This document shows positions 36,579 through 50,300 of a stretch of 64,000 bases of DNA, piece after piece. A model generated the notes under the pieces. The model saw only the letters and a list, made by a program, of their open reading frames with translations, was not told the origin of the DNA and searched no databases. Made by a program: the position numbers and the translations under genes. Each line of letters starts with the position of its first letter. Within the stretch, counting starts at the first letter, position 1. Source of the DNA: Nitrospirales bacterium (lineage in GTDB: Bacteria > Nitrospirota > Nitrospiria > Nitrospirales > UBA8639); NCBI GenBank assembly GCA_965203295.1, contig CBDBCZ010000018.1:2368001-2432000 (forward strand). Direction: 5' to 3'.

Positions 36579-39295
36579 CAGTCTGCACGATGCCGTCGAT
36601 AATTACGTGATCACTTCCGGTTTAACCAGACGTATTGTAATGTATGGTAGCTGTAAGCGTTGGAAGGGCAGCTACTTTGCACGGCTATATCTCAAAGTGT
36701 ATTTGGTTTCTGTGATTGAGTGTTGCAGATGTTGTAACAGGTTTGTTGAAGTCTACAAAGACAGAGTGACCAGTTGGGACCGCGCTCCCGAAATGATGCC
36801 TGGACCACCACCACATCGCCGTCCACTATCGCGCCTACCAACTTTGAATTTTGGGAAAACTTGGAGCCAAGCGGTTCAGCAGAGCTATTCTTTCTGTACA
36901 GCTATATTACCTTCCTGTCTACTATATATGTAGTTATCATTACCTGTGTACAAGTATTCTTGCAAATATGAAGCGCTAAACTTCGAAAAAAGTGCCACGA
37001 TTTGCACGCTCGTAACTCAGCCCAAGTACGAGCTGTGAACTAGCAGCAAACGGCAGAGCTTTCCTCTACTTTAGGTACGCATGCCTTAAAAACTTCTTTG
37101 CCCTACTACTTACCGTTTCTGAGATGAGTCCGCGTTTACCACCACGGTGGCAGCGAAATTAGTCTCTGGTCCATTTTCGATTTTTGGGAAAACTTGGAGC
37201 CAAGTGAGTGATTTCCGTGAAACTTGCACAACATGCACATGAGTTTGCATCAGTGTAATGCCTACCGGATATCTGCCTTTGCTTCAGAAACACGGTAAGA
37301 TAAAAAATAGACTTCAGCTCTTCCACACGCTGCAGCAGGGTGAGTTACGTAACATCATGCAATCATACGTCTGATGTAGCGTTGTGTAAACCCACTAATT
37401 AATTTACCCATGTAAGCGTACATGGCTTCTTGCACTCAGGTGACACACCTCTTTTACCAACGGCATCGTGCTGACTGTCTAGTGAGTAATCCTTGAATTG
37501 TAAATGAAGTTTGGTGTTTGTGTGTATAAATAAAGTTGGAGTGAATTGATGATTGTATCTGTGGTTGTTAATTGTAGTGATATGAATCAAATCTAAGAGA
37601 AATATATCGAAGTGACAAGCAGCGTTAGTCTGCAACAATCTTTAAGCTCCTCTTTGACAGTGGAAGGGAAGAGAACTTCCCATCAGTACCTGATTGCTTG
37701 CACATTGTACACGTATCGACACGTCTTATATGGGGTCCTCACTTTCACAAAATACGTAAATTACAGCATTTCCATGAACTACACAAGTGAAAATCTATTG
37801 TACCACAGTTACAAGTTTCTGTTCTATATATACTATGTGTCTTGGAGAATGGTCCATAAAGTACTAGTCAATGCCTCAGTATCTAATTGGCTAAATGCAA
37901 AAAATTTAATGTTGGGGCTAACATGACTGCATGTGATTGTATTTGGGGCTCAGTTGATATATAGCTCTGTACATACACTAAATGAAATGTTACAGTTTTA
38001 GAGACCTCTAACAATCCTCTAAGCATGTGTTGGTGTACATTAAGAGATTCTAATCCCTTCAGGTACTCCATATCCTTCCTCTTCAGGTTCTTCCTCACTT
38101 AGAACAGTTTGAGTGTATCTACCTCTGGCTGGGAAGTGATGTCCAGTCCAGGCAAGCTGCAGCACAGTTGCTAAGAAGCTTAATGCCGACCGGTGTTATC
38201 TGGTCTGGTGAGTCCATCAGGAGTCATACATGTAGCTCTCTTCATGAGGGTGCTGAGTAGCTACATGCACTTGTTCGTGTGTAGTCATAAACGTATGTAC
38301 ATTCAAATATGCATATGCATTAAGTTACTTGAATGACGATATGTGAATGGATTCATGAAAACCCGGCAGGTTGGTACTCCCTTTTTTAAAATACTTTTAC
38401 TGTCATGTATCTCAATGTCTTTGGTCATTACCTTTAATAACGTCAACCGCAGCTTGTTAGAAATTTACCGCTCAATCTGTTTCCAAGGTATTTGCCTTGG
38501 TACCACCGATGTTTTCGGGTGTTGCTGTGTTATGAATGGTCCCGTGTCTCCCTTGTGATGGTGCTTTACAGAAATGCGACCATGCTTCACAAATAGGGTC
38601 ACACATATAATGCACATGTATTTTATCTTCAGCAGTTGCTAACCTGAATGGTCCATCTCCTTCCCTGTACCCCTTGCAGTTCAACGGAGGATCAAGGGAA
38701 CATACCCACTGCTCTGCAACTCTGAACAGAGACCTTAACTTAAAAGCTGCTATAACATCAGCTACACCTTTCACACACAAGAAGATCTTAACATTTCAGC
38801 AGGTATGTGTTTCCCTATTGAGGCTACACTGCCTAATCATGTGGCAGAGCTTATCCTCATTTGTAGGTACTGTACTCCTGTAGTTATTGCTGAACAAAAT
38901 GAGGCCCAATAATGGATCTCAGCTAGTTGTTGTTTAATTATCAATCAAATTGGAGTGCACACCTATGGTAGACGAACAGAGTTGTGGGTGTAAGTGGGGC
39001 AGGTGAAAGAAGCAGATATAGTGATGTACTGCTTTGGCGTACATCTTTTTCTCAGAAAGCTTATCATCTCTTGAAGAGTCTGCAATGTGACTACTTAGTT
39101 TTCAGTTCTGTATCTTTGGTGGTTTAAGGCAGACTGATCCAGGCTAAGTTTGGATGTAGCAATCTTATTGTGGTTGAGATGGGGGAGAGGCCTAATGAGA
39201 GAGTAATTAAGCTGGAAATTAGCAGGGTCCTACTGGCAAGTACTACTAGCGGGTTTAGTGGCTATATAAAGCTTGCCTACTGCTCCTCTGTGGAG

Positions 39296-39371
39296 GGGAT
39301 CCAGTAGCTCAGTGGTAAGAGCATTTGACTAGCATTCAGAAGGTCCTGCATTCAATCCCCAGTTGGGTCCC
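39296..39371 (+). repeat. tRNA-Ala(AGC)-like degenerate sequence within a repeat
   Basis: gggatcc/gggtccc acceptor-like stem, tagctcagtggtaagagc D-arm, tttga-ctAGCat-tcaga anticodon arm; T-arm and box B damaged. Confidence 0.55.
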
Positions 39372-39904
39372 GTTGATTTCTTTACTCTCTTAGAAAGCTT
39401 CTCCTAGGTAGCTAAATAGTAGTGAGATAGATCAGAGGTCAGCCTTATTGTGATATACGTGAGTCATGCATAGGCTGATGGATATTAGAGTATCTATACT
39501 GTCAAATAATTATGTTCATGGTGTCTATGTTTTTCCAGTAGTGGGCATGGATGTATGTATTAACTGTGTCCATCAGTGGACATGGAGGGTGCGTTTTCCA
39601 TAGATCAACAAGCAAATGTATATGCCTTATTTTCAGCATGTGTTCCTCCGATGCTGCAGTTGTTACCCACTCTACAGAATAGAGCTACTTAATCTGTCTT
39701 CTGCATTCACGCACACATGCACACTCACGCACACACACATACAATTGCACAATCATGCATATTCACTTGCACCTTACATGCATGCATGTAGTTGAGAGAG
39801 GAGGTATATGGAGAACTAAGCAATGCAAATGAAATTGCTGGAGTAAAGGTACATAACTGCATGTGTGGCCATTGCTTTGTTTCCACACACTCAAAATTTT
39901 TTTT

Positions 39905-41700
39905 GCATGTGTGCAAACTTGTGTATAACTGTTTACTCATGTATACGAATGTAGATATCCGTGAATACCTCTTTGTGCATTTGTATGCTTGTGTATACCT
40001 GTGTAAACATGTGTATACTTGTGTATACTTGTGTAAACCCTTGTATACTTGTGTATACCCGTGTAAACTTGTGAATACCTGGTAATGCTAGTTTATACCC
40101 GTGTAAGCCTTTGTATACCTGTGTTTACTCATGTGTACAGGTGTAGATACCTGTGTATACTTCTTTATACCTGTGTATACTTGTATAAAATGTGTATACA
40201 TGTGCATACGTGTGTATACCCGCGTATACTTGTGTATACCTGTGTTTACTCATGTATGCAAATATAGATCCTGTTATACCTGTGTATATACTTGTGTATA
40301 CATGTGTGTACATGTGCATACGTGTGTATACCTGCATGTACTTGTGTATACCTGTGTTTACTCGTGTATGCAAATGTAGATACTCGTGTATACCTTTGTG
40401 TACTTGAGAACACCTGTGTATACATTTGCATACTTGTGTATACCCTCGTATATTTGTGTATTCCTGTTTACTCGTGCATACAAATGTAGATACTAGTGTA
40501 CACCTCTATTTATTATATACTGCCAGGTGTACTAACAATATTTTCCTATAGACCGGATAGGGTTAGGGTTACCCCGTATTGCCTACCCGTTATTGCCTTT
40601 TGCGTGGGCAGAGCGCGTGCACGTTTAGTCTACAGTAAAAATTTACAGTGAAGTTATACTTTATTGAAGCAATGGAAGCTACTCAGCTACAAAAAGCTGG
40701 CGAAAGGAATGCTTCTGTCGTAGAGGAGCCGTCTAAGTGAAAAAGAAGTGAAAGGGTAGGTCATAGTGTCGTTCAGTGACCCCTCCCACTCGTCCCACCA
40801 GCCGATTTTTATTGTTGAGTAGCTCTCCAAGATAAATAAAGTTAATCTAGCCTACAGTTGCAAGCCTTTTTCTCTTTCGTAGTTTGTAAGAGCTATTTTG
40901 CCCTTTGCTATACGTTGCTGCTGTGTATCCAATCGTCCTTTACGTTACGGTAGGCGTGGCTTTGTTTGGCAGTGAGTTTGTCAACCTAGATATATGTATA
41001 TTATTACACTCGGGAGAGGATAATATGGCTAGGCATGGCTAGGCATTGCACTCTTGTGTAGTATTTTCCCTCGCCTTCGGCTCGAAGAAAATACCTACAC
41101 ACTCGTGCAATACCTAGCCATAGTACCCTCTCACTCATGTAATAATATACATATATCTGTGCATACTTGTGTGTATCTGTATATACATGTACATACGTGT
41201 GTATACCCACGTATACTTGTGTATACATGTGTTTACTTGTGTATACAGATGTAGTAAACCGTGTATACTTGTTTACACTTGTGTATACCACGTGTATATA
41301 TGTGCATACGTGTGTATACCTACATATGCGTATGTATACAAATGTAGATACACATATATACCTCTTTATACCTGTGTATACCTGTCTATACCTTTGTATA
41401 CATGTGCATACGTATGTATAACCATTTATCCTTGTGTATACCTGTGTTTACTCGTGTATACAGGTGTAGATACCCGTTTATACCTCTTTACACTAGTGTA
41501 TACTTGTGTATACCTGTGTATACATCTGCATACATGTGTATACTCACGTAGACTTGTTTGTTTATACCTGTGTTTACTTGTGAATGCAAGAGTATATACT
41601 CGTGTATACCTCTTTATACTAGAGTATACTTATGTGTATCTGTGTATACAGTGCATACGTCTGTATACCCACGTACACTTGTGTATACCTGTGTTTACTC
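39905..41700. repeat. Low-complexity (TGTGTATACY)-type minisatellite, interrupted at ~40510-41160
   Basis: Dozens of tgtgtatacc/tgtgtatact units; source of many spurious VYTC ORFs. Confidence 0.92.
40988..41158. mobile_element. Palindromic non-autonomous element (Crypton-like)
   Basis: Perfect 21-bp inverted ends agatatatgtatattattaca/tgtaataatatacatatatct with central ctcgccttcggctcg; class is inferred. Confidence 0.6.
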
Positions 41701-41702
41701 GT

Positions 41703-42430
41703 TGTAGCGGACCGAGCTCTACTTTTCGACACCAAAACCAGATACTGATGGAGGACTAAAGACAAACACTGTACAATAACCAACACTTAAGTACTGAAGA
41801 GCCTAGCAATGGAAATCACACCTACTACAACAGAGACAAACAAAATACCTAACACTAGCACCTATTAACAGTACTTCACACTAACTACACATCAATAGAA
41901 CACACATAGTGACACAGTTAACAGTCCGTTACACCTCTCACTCCTTCTCCGGCAGCAAACTAGTTTGCTGAAACAGGTGCAGCCTCTTCTGAACTCTTTG
42001 GTGGCACTTCTGCTCCTTTGCTTCTCGTGGGCTCTATTCGATCTTTCTTCCTTGTGCAGCTCTCTGTAGACTCTTCCGAGTTCTCGTAGCACTCTCTAAT
42101 CTGCGATACTCTCCAGTTCTCCGCTTCTTCACGTAGCGACCCCAGCCCGGTAACACATACACACGGTACGGGTACATGTGCACACACTCTCAGCGGTACA
42201 CTACACGGGGCGACACCCACTTTCCGTAACGGCTTCTCTCGACATAACGCACGGCCCCAAACGCTTGGCAACACATGCCCTCTGCGCTCTCCTTCCAGCA
42301 ACTCCACGTATAGGCGTCCACACATAGGCGGTCCTCCTGACCCCTCTGACACCTGCTTTCGCCCCTCAGCGATCCTATCTCTCTCTCAGGCACTCCTTGC
42401 CCTCTTGCGGCCCTCGCTCCTAGCGACCTT
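41703..42430 (-). mobile_element. LTR retrotransposon 3' end: 231-bp LTR (41703-41933), PPT and truncated internal region
   Basis: Minus strand TGTAACGGAC...GTCCGCTACA (TG...CA with short inverted ends), preceded by the purine tract ggagaaggagtgagagg. Confidence 0.8.
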
Positions 42431-42779
42431 TGCACTCTTGGCAAAAACCACTCATTTAGGGATGCACTTCCACCAAAAAACAATTCACCAAAAACCAACG
42501 AAACAAGCGACAATGCACACTGGAAGGCATGCAGACTACCCACACATCACAGCGCAATGCATTTACTGCGTACCTACCATCCCTACATCTTTCCAACCAC
42601 ACCTGTCCAATGTTGAGAATGTGAGATGTGAATAGTGGTAGTGTAAATTGCTGTGTGTGTGCATGCGCTGGTAATGAGAGGTACCCCTGAATTGAGGATA
42701 CCCCTCTATACAGGGTGCTTGATTAGGTCCTCAAGGTGTCGACAATATGGGGTTCCAGTGTAGTATAATTTGTTTTGGG

Positions 42780-44200
42780 TGTAAAGATGTGTTGGTAATG
42801 GGTGCATATATTATAATGAATTGTATATTATGGTGTTTGCATAGAGGCTTTGGAGAAGTATGGTTGAGTGCTGTGAAGTTATGCGAGTGTGTTGAAAGTC
42901 AGTTTGTGAGTGGATGTTCTTTGTAGGGGAGGTGAATGTGGGTGCATTTGGTAAAGTGTGGGTCGGGTGTTGTGAAGTTAATTGAATGTATTGTAGGGTG
43001 GTTGATGTGGGTATTGTGTGTTGGTATGTTGTGATGGGAGCAGTGTTGCTGTGAAAGTCTGAAGGGGAGGACAATGTGGGTGTGTTTGGTATGGTGTCGG
43101 TAGGGTGTTGGTAACTTTGGAATGTGTGTAACATGGTAGTTGATGTGGGTTGTATTGTGTGGTTGTGTGTGTTGGTGAGTGTGGCTTGGTTTGTGCTTGT
43201 GAGTGTGGGGTTGGTGAGCGGAGTGTGTTTTCTGGGGAATAATATTATGTTGCTATGAAGGTTTAGGCTGGTTGTATTGTGGGGTGCGTTTTGTGTAGTA
43301 TGTGAATATTGTTGTGGATGAGGATGTGAGGGTGGCTGTTGGATGGCAATGTGCTGGCACGTATGGATAAGGATGGAGATGATTGTGGATGGTGAAGGGT
43401 GTTGTGTATGGGGGTGGTACAGTGTGTGGTGGGTGTAGTTGGAAAGATGTAGGGATGGTAGGTACGCAGTAAATGCATGGCGCTGTGATGTGTGGGTAGT
43501 CTGTGCATGCCTTCCAGTGTGCATTGTCGCTTGTTTCGTTGGTTTTTGGTGAATTGTTATTTGGTGGAAGTGCATCCCTACATGAGTGGTTTTTGCACTT
43601 TTTGTAAAGTGCTTTTTCTATGTCTTGTTTCAGGGTGTTTTTTTGGGAGATGGCATGAAAGGGTATGGAGTGTTGTGGAACATTGATGAGCTGATGTGTG
43701 TAGTACAGGTTTCGTGTGTACTCCAGTCAGCATCAGGAAGGCCTTCGCCCGCATGGGGGGGAAGGTTAAGCCTATACTTGGCACATCTGGCAGCCCTTTT
43801 CTTGTCTGGGCAAGCTTTGTACCTAGCACGCGAGGCAGCCCTTTTCTTCTCAGGATCAGCTTTGTAGCTGGCACGCAAGGCAGCCCTTTTCTTCTCAGGA
43901 TCAGCTTTGTAGCTGGCACGCGAGACTGCTCTAGCAGCTTCCTTTCTGCATTGACGGTTTTGAATCGGTACCGTTCTTTATTCTGGGCCCTCTTTTTCCG
44001 CAAATCACTAGGCTTAGTGCATGCAAAGTACCTTGGAATTCCAAGAAGGTCAGCAACCACATGAGTGGATGGGAGAACCTTGCTTTCAGGCACTTTTACA
44101 CTTCCACTCGAGAACAAAAGGACCGAAAGATCGAAGGTAGACTTTAAATAGACCAACACGTGTTCGCAGGCAGTGTGCGCATGCGCACCATCCTACCGTA
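42780..44200 (-). mobile_element. Repeat remnant with 45-bp coding repeats (Helitron-like N-terminal basic repeats) and a CA-rich low-complexity tail
   Basis: Three 45-bp units at ~43790, 43835 and 43880 encoding RASYKADPEKKRAA; contains the 185-bp dispersed repeat. Confidence 0.5.
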
Positions 44201-45889
44201 AAATGGCGTGTTAGTGGCAACCGTCCACTCAAGAGTGCTCATTATCAATGCTGAACTAATTCAAGTTCTTTGAAAACGCTATGCCCGAAAGGCACTACCC
44301 GAGGGTCAATCATGCCCGTTCGTGTTGGAATCTTTGTAATCGCTTCACCCAGCATTGTGCTAGCCTGGCTGAAAGAAGAATGACAAGATGTACCATCTGG
44401 CTGTTTTAGCCACTTGCCGCTTTGATACTTCAGAGATATTCTGTAGCAGTGCTAACAGTCTGATTAGTGATGACAACGCTCGAGAATAACTGGTAGGATA
44501 CATATTCGCCCTAGACTACACCTAGAGCAGAGTTCTCAACATGTCATTTTGTACGCATTGAATGGGGAGGCCATTTTTTTTCCAGTGCCATCCCTACATA
44601 TGGAGTACTACCGTACTCCATGATATAATATTATACTTACTATAGTAGTAACTATAAATAATGCAATAGACAGTTTTAAGTGCTAGGAATGAAGCATTGG
44701 GGGTGGGGCTACCCAGCCTACTTGGTTGATCGAGTTCATGCAAAGGCCACAAGAGCGTGTTTTACTATCATGTCTTCAGGAAACATTTTTATCATCATAT
44801 GTATTACAGTACACAGAAAAAACATTATCAGAAGCAATCTGCTATGTGACACTGTGCCTTGATTTTCCATTGTATGTACATAGTGAACTAACCTGGGTCC
44901 GAACACGAGATCATTGAAGAACTTGTGTGTTCATGATACGTCAGACCGTATTAGCTCTCCAATTCCGATCTGTGAAGGCACTTCCTTATGCTCTGCATTA
45001 ACCTAAACACACTGTGTGTTTACATGGAAGAAATACATTTACATGATGCTATAGATACATATGCATACATGGCAACCACAGTTGGTTGCAAAAGGCAATA
45101 ACTGTTACACTAGTTATAGCAGTTGTGATAGAGACCCCACCAAACATTGTCAGGGACAGCGCAAGACTCTATGTCAAAGACTTTCAATGTCAATGGCTAT
45201 CATTTAACGTCTAACAGTAAAAAATGTGTCAAAGACTAGCTACTTTCAAGTTATTTTGTAGCTACGTCTACAGAGGTTTGCACTCGAAAAAATACAGCCC
45301 TAACAATGCTACAGATAAAAGGGTCATTACTGATCATGAGCAGGGCAAGCTTTCTGGTTTCTACTCTACACAGTCTCCTGCAAGCTTTTGCAAACCTCTG
45401 TACCGACACGGGAGCTAGTCTCGCGAGCCAGACTGTACAGGAGCTAGCTACCCTGGCTGACCAAATTACAGTACAGAACGGGTACATAATAGCGAGTACA
45501 AACTTACATGGCTTGAAATAGCTTTAATCTCCCGTTGTATGAGTGGCCTGACTCGTACAGCAACCTCTCCTCTCCTCCCTGACAAAGATTCTCGACGGTT
45601 CAGCGCACATGCGCAATTATTGTGTGAATGAATGGGGGTGGGGCTATCTAGACCTGTACCTGTACGCATATGCACAGCACTCAGAACTGTGTGGACGCAC
45701 GTATATTATATAGATATTATCTACTAGGTGAATGGGGCGAGCGTGAGCGAGTTCATCATGCCATAGATTATCTATGATCATACGTACATAGCTGACTTGG
45801 ATATGCAGGGCTGGTACTGCATTACATTACAAATTTAATCACAGAGCATGATATAATTTTACATGCAGCGGTATATTACAGTGGTCAAC

Positions 45890-47310
45890 AATCATCATTA
45901 TAATATGGAAGGATATAGTTGAGAAAAACTCAAATGTTAGTCTGGTTTGTACTTATTAAATGCCTTTGAATGCCAGTAACAATATTGAGGCTGTACGTCA
46001 AAGTAAACGGAGGGGCAGATAGGAGGGAAGTTTCGGTGACGTCTTCATCTTGCATGTGCAATCTCAACAAGTTAAGATTGGTGCCAAAAACATTGAGTGT
46101 TAGGAAATCGGTACCAGCAAGAAAGGTGAGCTTAGCACTCCACTGTTTCTTGCAGTGTTTCAGTGCTTGAAGAGCATCGCACTTTGCATGCACATAGATA
46201 TACCCAGCTGTTCAGTTGTGGGGGTGATGAGACTTGCAGACTGACAAGGCAAGCTAAGTACGTGTCTAGTGACAGAACAGCTGCAACCTCAACACCAGTT
46301 AGCGGCCACCAAATTATGCGAGCCACGGTCACAGATGCTGAAGGACGTGTATGCTGCTGTTGTGAATGATGATGACAAGTCGTTGAAGGCAGTTCAGAAG
46401 CTCCCGATAAACACCACTGCAGAGAGGGATTACTCTGCACAGGAGACATGCCACCTTCTCCTTCAGCTACCAATATTCATGTCGCGGCATCGCGGGACTT
46501 CATCATGCTTTGTCCTTGCGCTGCTGCCCTGCGTTCTCGCCAGCGTACATGTAAGCTTGGTCTCCGCCTTCGCCGTGCTCGCTCGTTCTGTAGCCTTCTC
46601 TCCTCCACAGGGGTTTCGGCCGCTCTCCTTTCTCCGTAGCGCTGTCTGCGCCGTTCCAATATCCGCTGTCTACACAAGTCACTCATTTTCTCTCTCCGGA
46701 GTGCACGCACGTGCATGTTGTAGAGGATTAGTTGCCGCTGAAACGCGCGACAACAGTTGTTGAAATAGGCGTATAGACTATGCACGGACGGACCAGACTA
46801 ACTTTTCGCGAAAAGTTAGTCTGGCCCGCAAGACTAGAGTGCACGCACGTGTTGTAAGGTAAAGGGGGGTAACTTCGGACGTGCTTTTTATAGGGGGTAA
46901 CTTCGGACGTACTTTTTAGAGGGGGTAACTTCGGACGTGCTTTTTATAGAGGGTAACTTCGGACACTCGCTAGAAAACGATGTATAATGCTGCGCGCTGT
47001 ATATCGCACATCGGCCTAGCGAGTGTCGGAAGTTACCCACGTGTCCGTTGGAGGATAATTGCCGCTGAAACGCGCGCCAACAGTTGTTGAACAGGCATAT
47101 GCATGCCAACGTTTTTACGGAATAGACCATGCGCGCACACACGCACAGGTCTACCGGAAGGGGGGAAGGGGGGGGGGGGGGCTCAATCACTCTCACCCAA
47201 AAAGGGTAAGTAATTGTAAAAATACAACAAATAAAAATAATAATAAAAAAGAACACAACAGTTCCAGACGACAGCTTCATCATATGTAAATACATGTAGT
47301 CACAAAGCAA
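45890..47310 (-). mobile_element. Helitron-like remnant (copy 2): STPR-like basic repeat and RPA-like OB-fold
   Basis: ERRRQRYGERRAAETPVEERRLQNERARRRRR (ORF 46477-46785); LSLDTYLACLV...KCDALQALKHCKKQWSAKLTFLAGTDFLTLNVFG (46300-45930). Confidence 0.55.
46863..46965. repeat. ~29-bp tandem repeat x4 (gggggtaacttcggacgtgcttttta)
   Basis: Four gggtaacttcggac anchors. Confidence 0.9.
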
Positions 47311-47314
47311 AGTC

Positions 47315-50300
47315 TCATCCACTTGAATCTTGACTTCCTGCTTCTAAATCAATCTTTGTGCTGTTGTCCACGGTATCTGCATTTGAAATCACCACTGATG
47401 CACTCTCTGGTAGAGCTTGTAAATTTTCATTTGGGTGCTCGGATACTGTCGAGCTCCAGCCACTGCTTGCGATGTGTGTGAGCTCGCTACCTGCACGGCA
47501 GTATAAACGTTATACAATAGTCAACATGATATTGTAGTTACAGAAACAATATTATAATAAAGCCAGTACCGCCTCGATACGAATCTGATTAGTATACACT
47601 CCAATACGTACGCATAGCTTATTTGTAGAATCTGAATGCCAGAGCTCAGTATGTACATAACAACTTAACAATTGCATACGCATTAAAGTAATAGCAGGAT
47701 GATTATTGTTTTTGAAAGCACTGACAGGTTCATGCAGTACCACCGTGACTTACTCTCTTCTTGTACAGCCTGGTATTTTTCTGCTGTGACTTTGCCTACT
47801 GGCTTCCTACCCTGGGAGGTGAAACAATGTATGAAGCCGATGATGTAACGAAGAATAACATGAACACTTGGCCATCGTTGCTTCTACCAAGTGAATCGGA
47901 TCAGTTCTAGACTCTACTGGAATCTCTATACGTGCCATATATATCACAGTGACCTAATGCACTAGCTGTCACCATAGTCACTGTTGATTCCAGAGACATT
48001 TTTGCATGCTTAACACAAAGAGGTACACAAGCAGTAAATCCTTAATGGTCCCTCTCTCTATCTGTACATGATCGCAGCCATTCATGCCTTTCATTCTCCT
48101 TGAAATATCCTCAGAAATGTGTGGCCTAACCAGAAATAGAATTTGTGATAGAGCCTAATTATCGAACCATGAACCAAACAACTACTGAACCAAGGGAACA
48201 AAACCTTCAACCACTGCTCAAACTACACAGATGTATGTCTATTACTTTATCCAATCAATGTACTTAAACATTTTTGTACGTATCATTATCTTTCCTTTAA
48301 GATTAAAGCTGTACGTGCAGATTGCTGAAGTATTTTAAAGGAAACACTGACGTACATGGACTTATACTGAAAATAATGACAGTCTCGCGTCTTCAAGACG
48401 ACAAAGACTAGTTATCTAGTTTTTGATCCCCCCCCCCCCACACACACTATTTAAAAGTTAAGTATGCATTACATAAAAGTGTGCCAGAGACAGGACATAT
48501 AGCTAGCAGTTGCAATAATTGCTGCCTATCTGTGATGATAGAGAAAAAGTGATAATGCGTGACAAAGCGGTGAGGTGGTGTGATGGTGAGATTAAGATTA
48601 TGATAAGGATACTGGAGAGTAGTATTGGCAGGGGAGATAAACGGGGAGAGTGTTACAAACTATGTTCGGAAATCAAGGAATTGGTATAGATAGTTGAAAT
48701 GAGGTGATAGAAAGGGCTAATTAAGATTTTCATGAAAACAGGGAAGAGTTTTTGGGCATTTGTTGGCAGGATCTTCAAAAGGTAGTCGTAAGGGTATATT
48801 GCTTCTTTGAGGAGTAATCCAGGTTCATGTGTAACCAGCACTAAGGAATATTTGGAAGTATTATGTGAGCATTATGAAAGGCTGGGTACAGCATCCGTAG
48901 ATGATCAGTTTGATGGTAGCTGGAAAGAGCATGTAGAGCAGAAAGTGACAGAGTATAGGGAAATGTCTAGATTACGGAAGGTTAAGGTTTTGGACAGGGG
49001 AATTATTTTGCAGAAAATTAACTAAAACCCCAAAGAACTAGAAGTCTCTAGCAGAGACATACCGATTGCCAATACGAACACGTGACCAGAGTCCGTATAT
49101 GCCCGGCCCCCATTGTATTCTAGTTGTGACCGTATTAAAAAGGCAGAATGTACCATTGTTAAATAAGAAAGAGCTGGAGATGCAGCGTATGGAACCGCTT
49201 TGGCGACTATCAGGTACACATCCGGACATTTTTTTTTAGATTTCACTGTTACTGTTGTGTTTAACAAACACTTAACCCTGTAAATCGCGAGATAGCCCCT
49301 AATTTTGAGTGGACAAACAATGAACGGACGGACGGACAGACAGAACCAATTGCTTAACCCCGCCGCCGCCTACGCGCCGCGGGGTAATAATAATACAGGA
49401 GGTAATGATGGGCTCGTTGGGGAGCGTTTTAGGTACGGTGGCAAAGGAGTAGCTACATGTAGTCTGTTGGAAGTCTTATATGAAGTAGTTTGGACAGAGG
49501 AGAGTGTTCCTAAACAACAAAGACAAGTGTTAACTTTTAGCTTGTATAAGAAAGGTGATACTGAGGACCTGGGCATTTACAGAGGCATTACATTATTGAA
49601 CGTGGGAGGAAAATTGTTCTAAACAATCGCATAGTAATCACATTAGAATGAGAAAGAAGCACCTGCCCATGCTGTCGACCCAATTTGTAATTAACACACA
49701 TACATGTATGTACGAAGGTACGTACATACAAAGTATATACAGGTTTATACTGGCAGTTTGAAGTGATACAGACCTGTTTTTTTAGCGTTTCTACTTCAGA
49801 TATCCTTTCTTGCAAACGACTTTCACATGAATCCAGGTGCTTCTCCATAGAAACATAGCTATGTACATATGTAAAACATTGCATACATTACTTTGAAACT
49901 AACTGTGAAAGCACCACAACTACATGTAACATGAGCAGTTAAACATGCAATGATTAGTATGCAGCAGAGAGTGAGCCAAAACTAGTAAAGCCTATTACAA
50001 GCTAAGATGGAAAATGTGTGTGTGTGTTTCGTATGCATGATACCCATACGCAGCCTTGACAGAGTAGGGATAGTTCAGAGCTATATATATGCAGTCTCTA
50101 CAATATTTCTGCCTTGCTTTCCACATAATTAACGTACCTCAGATCTTTAGCCATTGAGTTCTTCTTGTAAGCAGCCAGTTCTTTCCTTAGTTCAGCTATA
50201 ACAGCATCCTTTCTTTGGCTCTCAGACTCAAACGGAGCCTGCCTACAGACTCTGTCAGTTAGACACTGCACTTGATAATCCTGTAAAACGTGGCATGTAG

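Noticed and set aside
37400..38800. Coding-like decayed sequence, possibly transposon-derived
   Set aside because: Only fragmentary ORFs without a motif I can identify.
39296..39371. Functional tRNA-Ala gene
   Set aside because: T-arm and box B are disrupted and the acceptor/D spacing is abnormal; treated as tRNA-derived repeat.
40555..40572. TTAGGG telomeric repeat
   Set aside because: Only about two units, typical of TE-internal motifs; similar short runs at ~58030.
39792..41759. Many Cys/Tyr/Val-rich ORFs
   Set aside because: Translations of a TGTGTATAC minisatellite, open in several frames on both strands.
42811..43575. 254-aa His/Thr-rich ORF, the longest in the track
   Set aside because: Arises from CA-rich low-complexity repeat sequence that lacks stops on that strand; starts inside a dispersed repeat.
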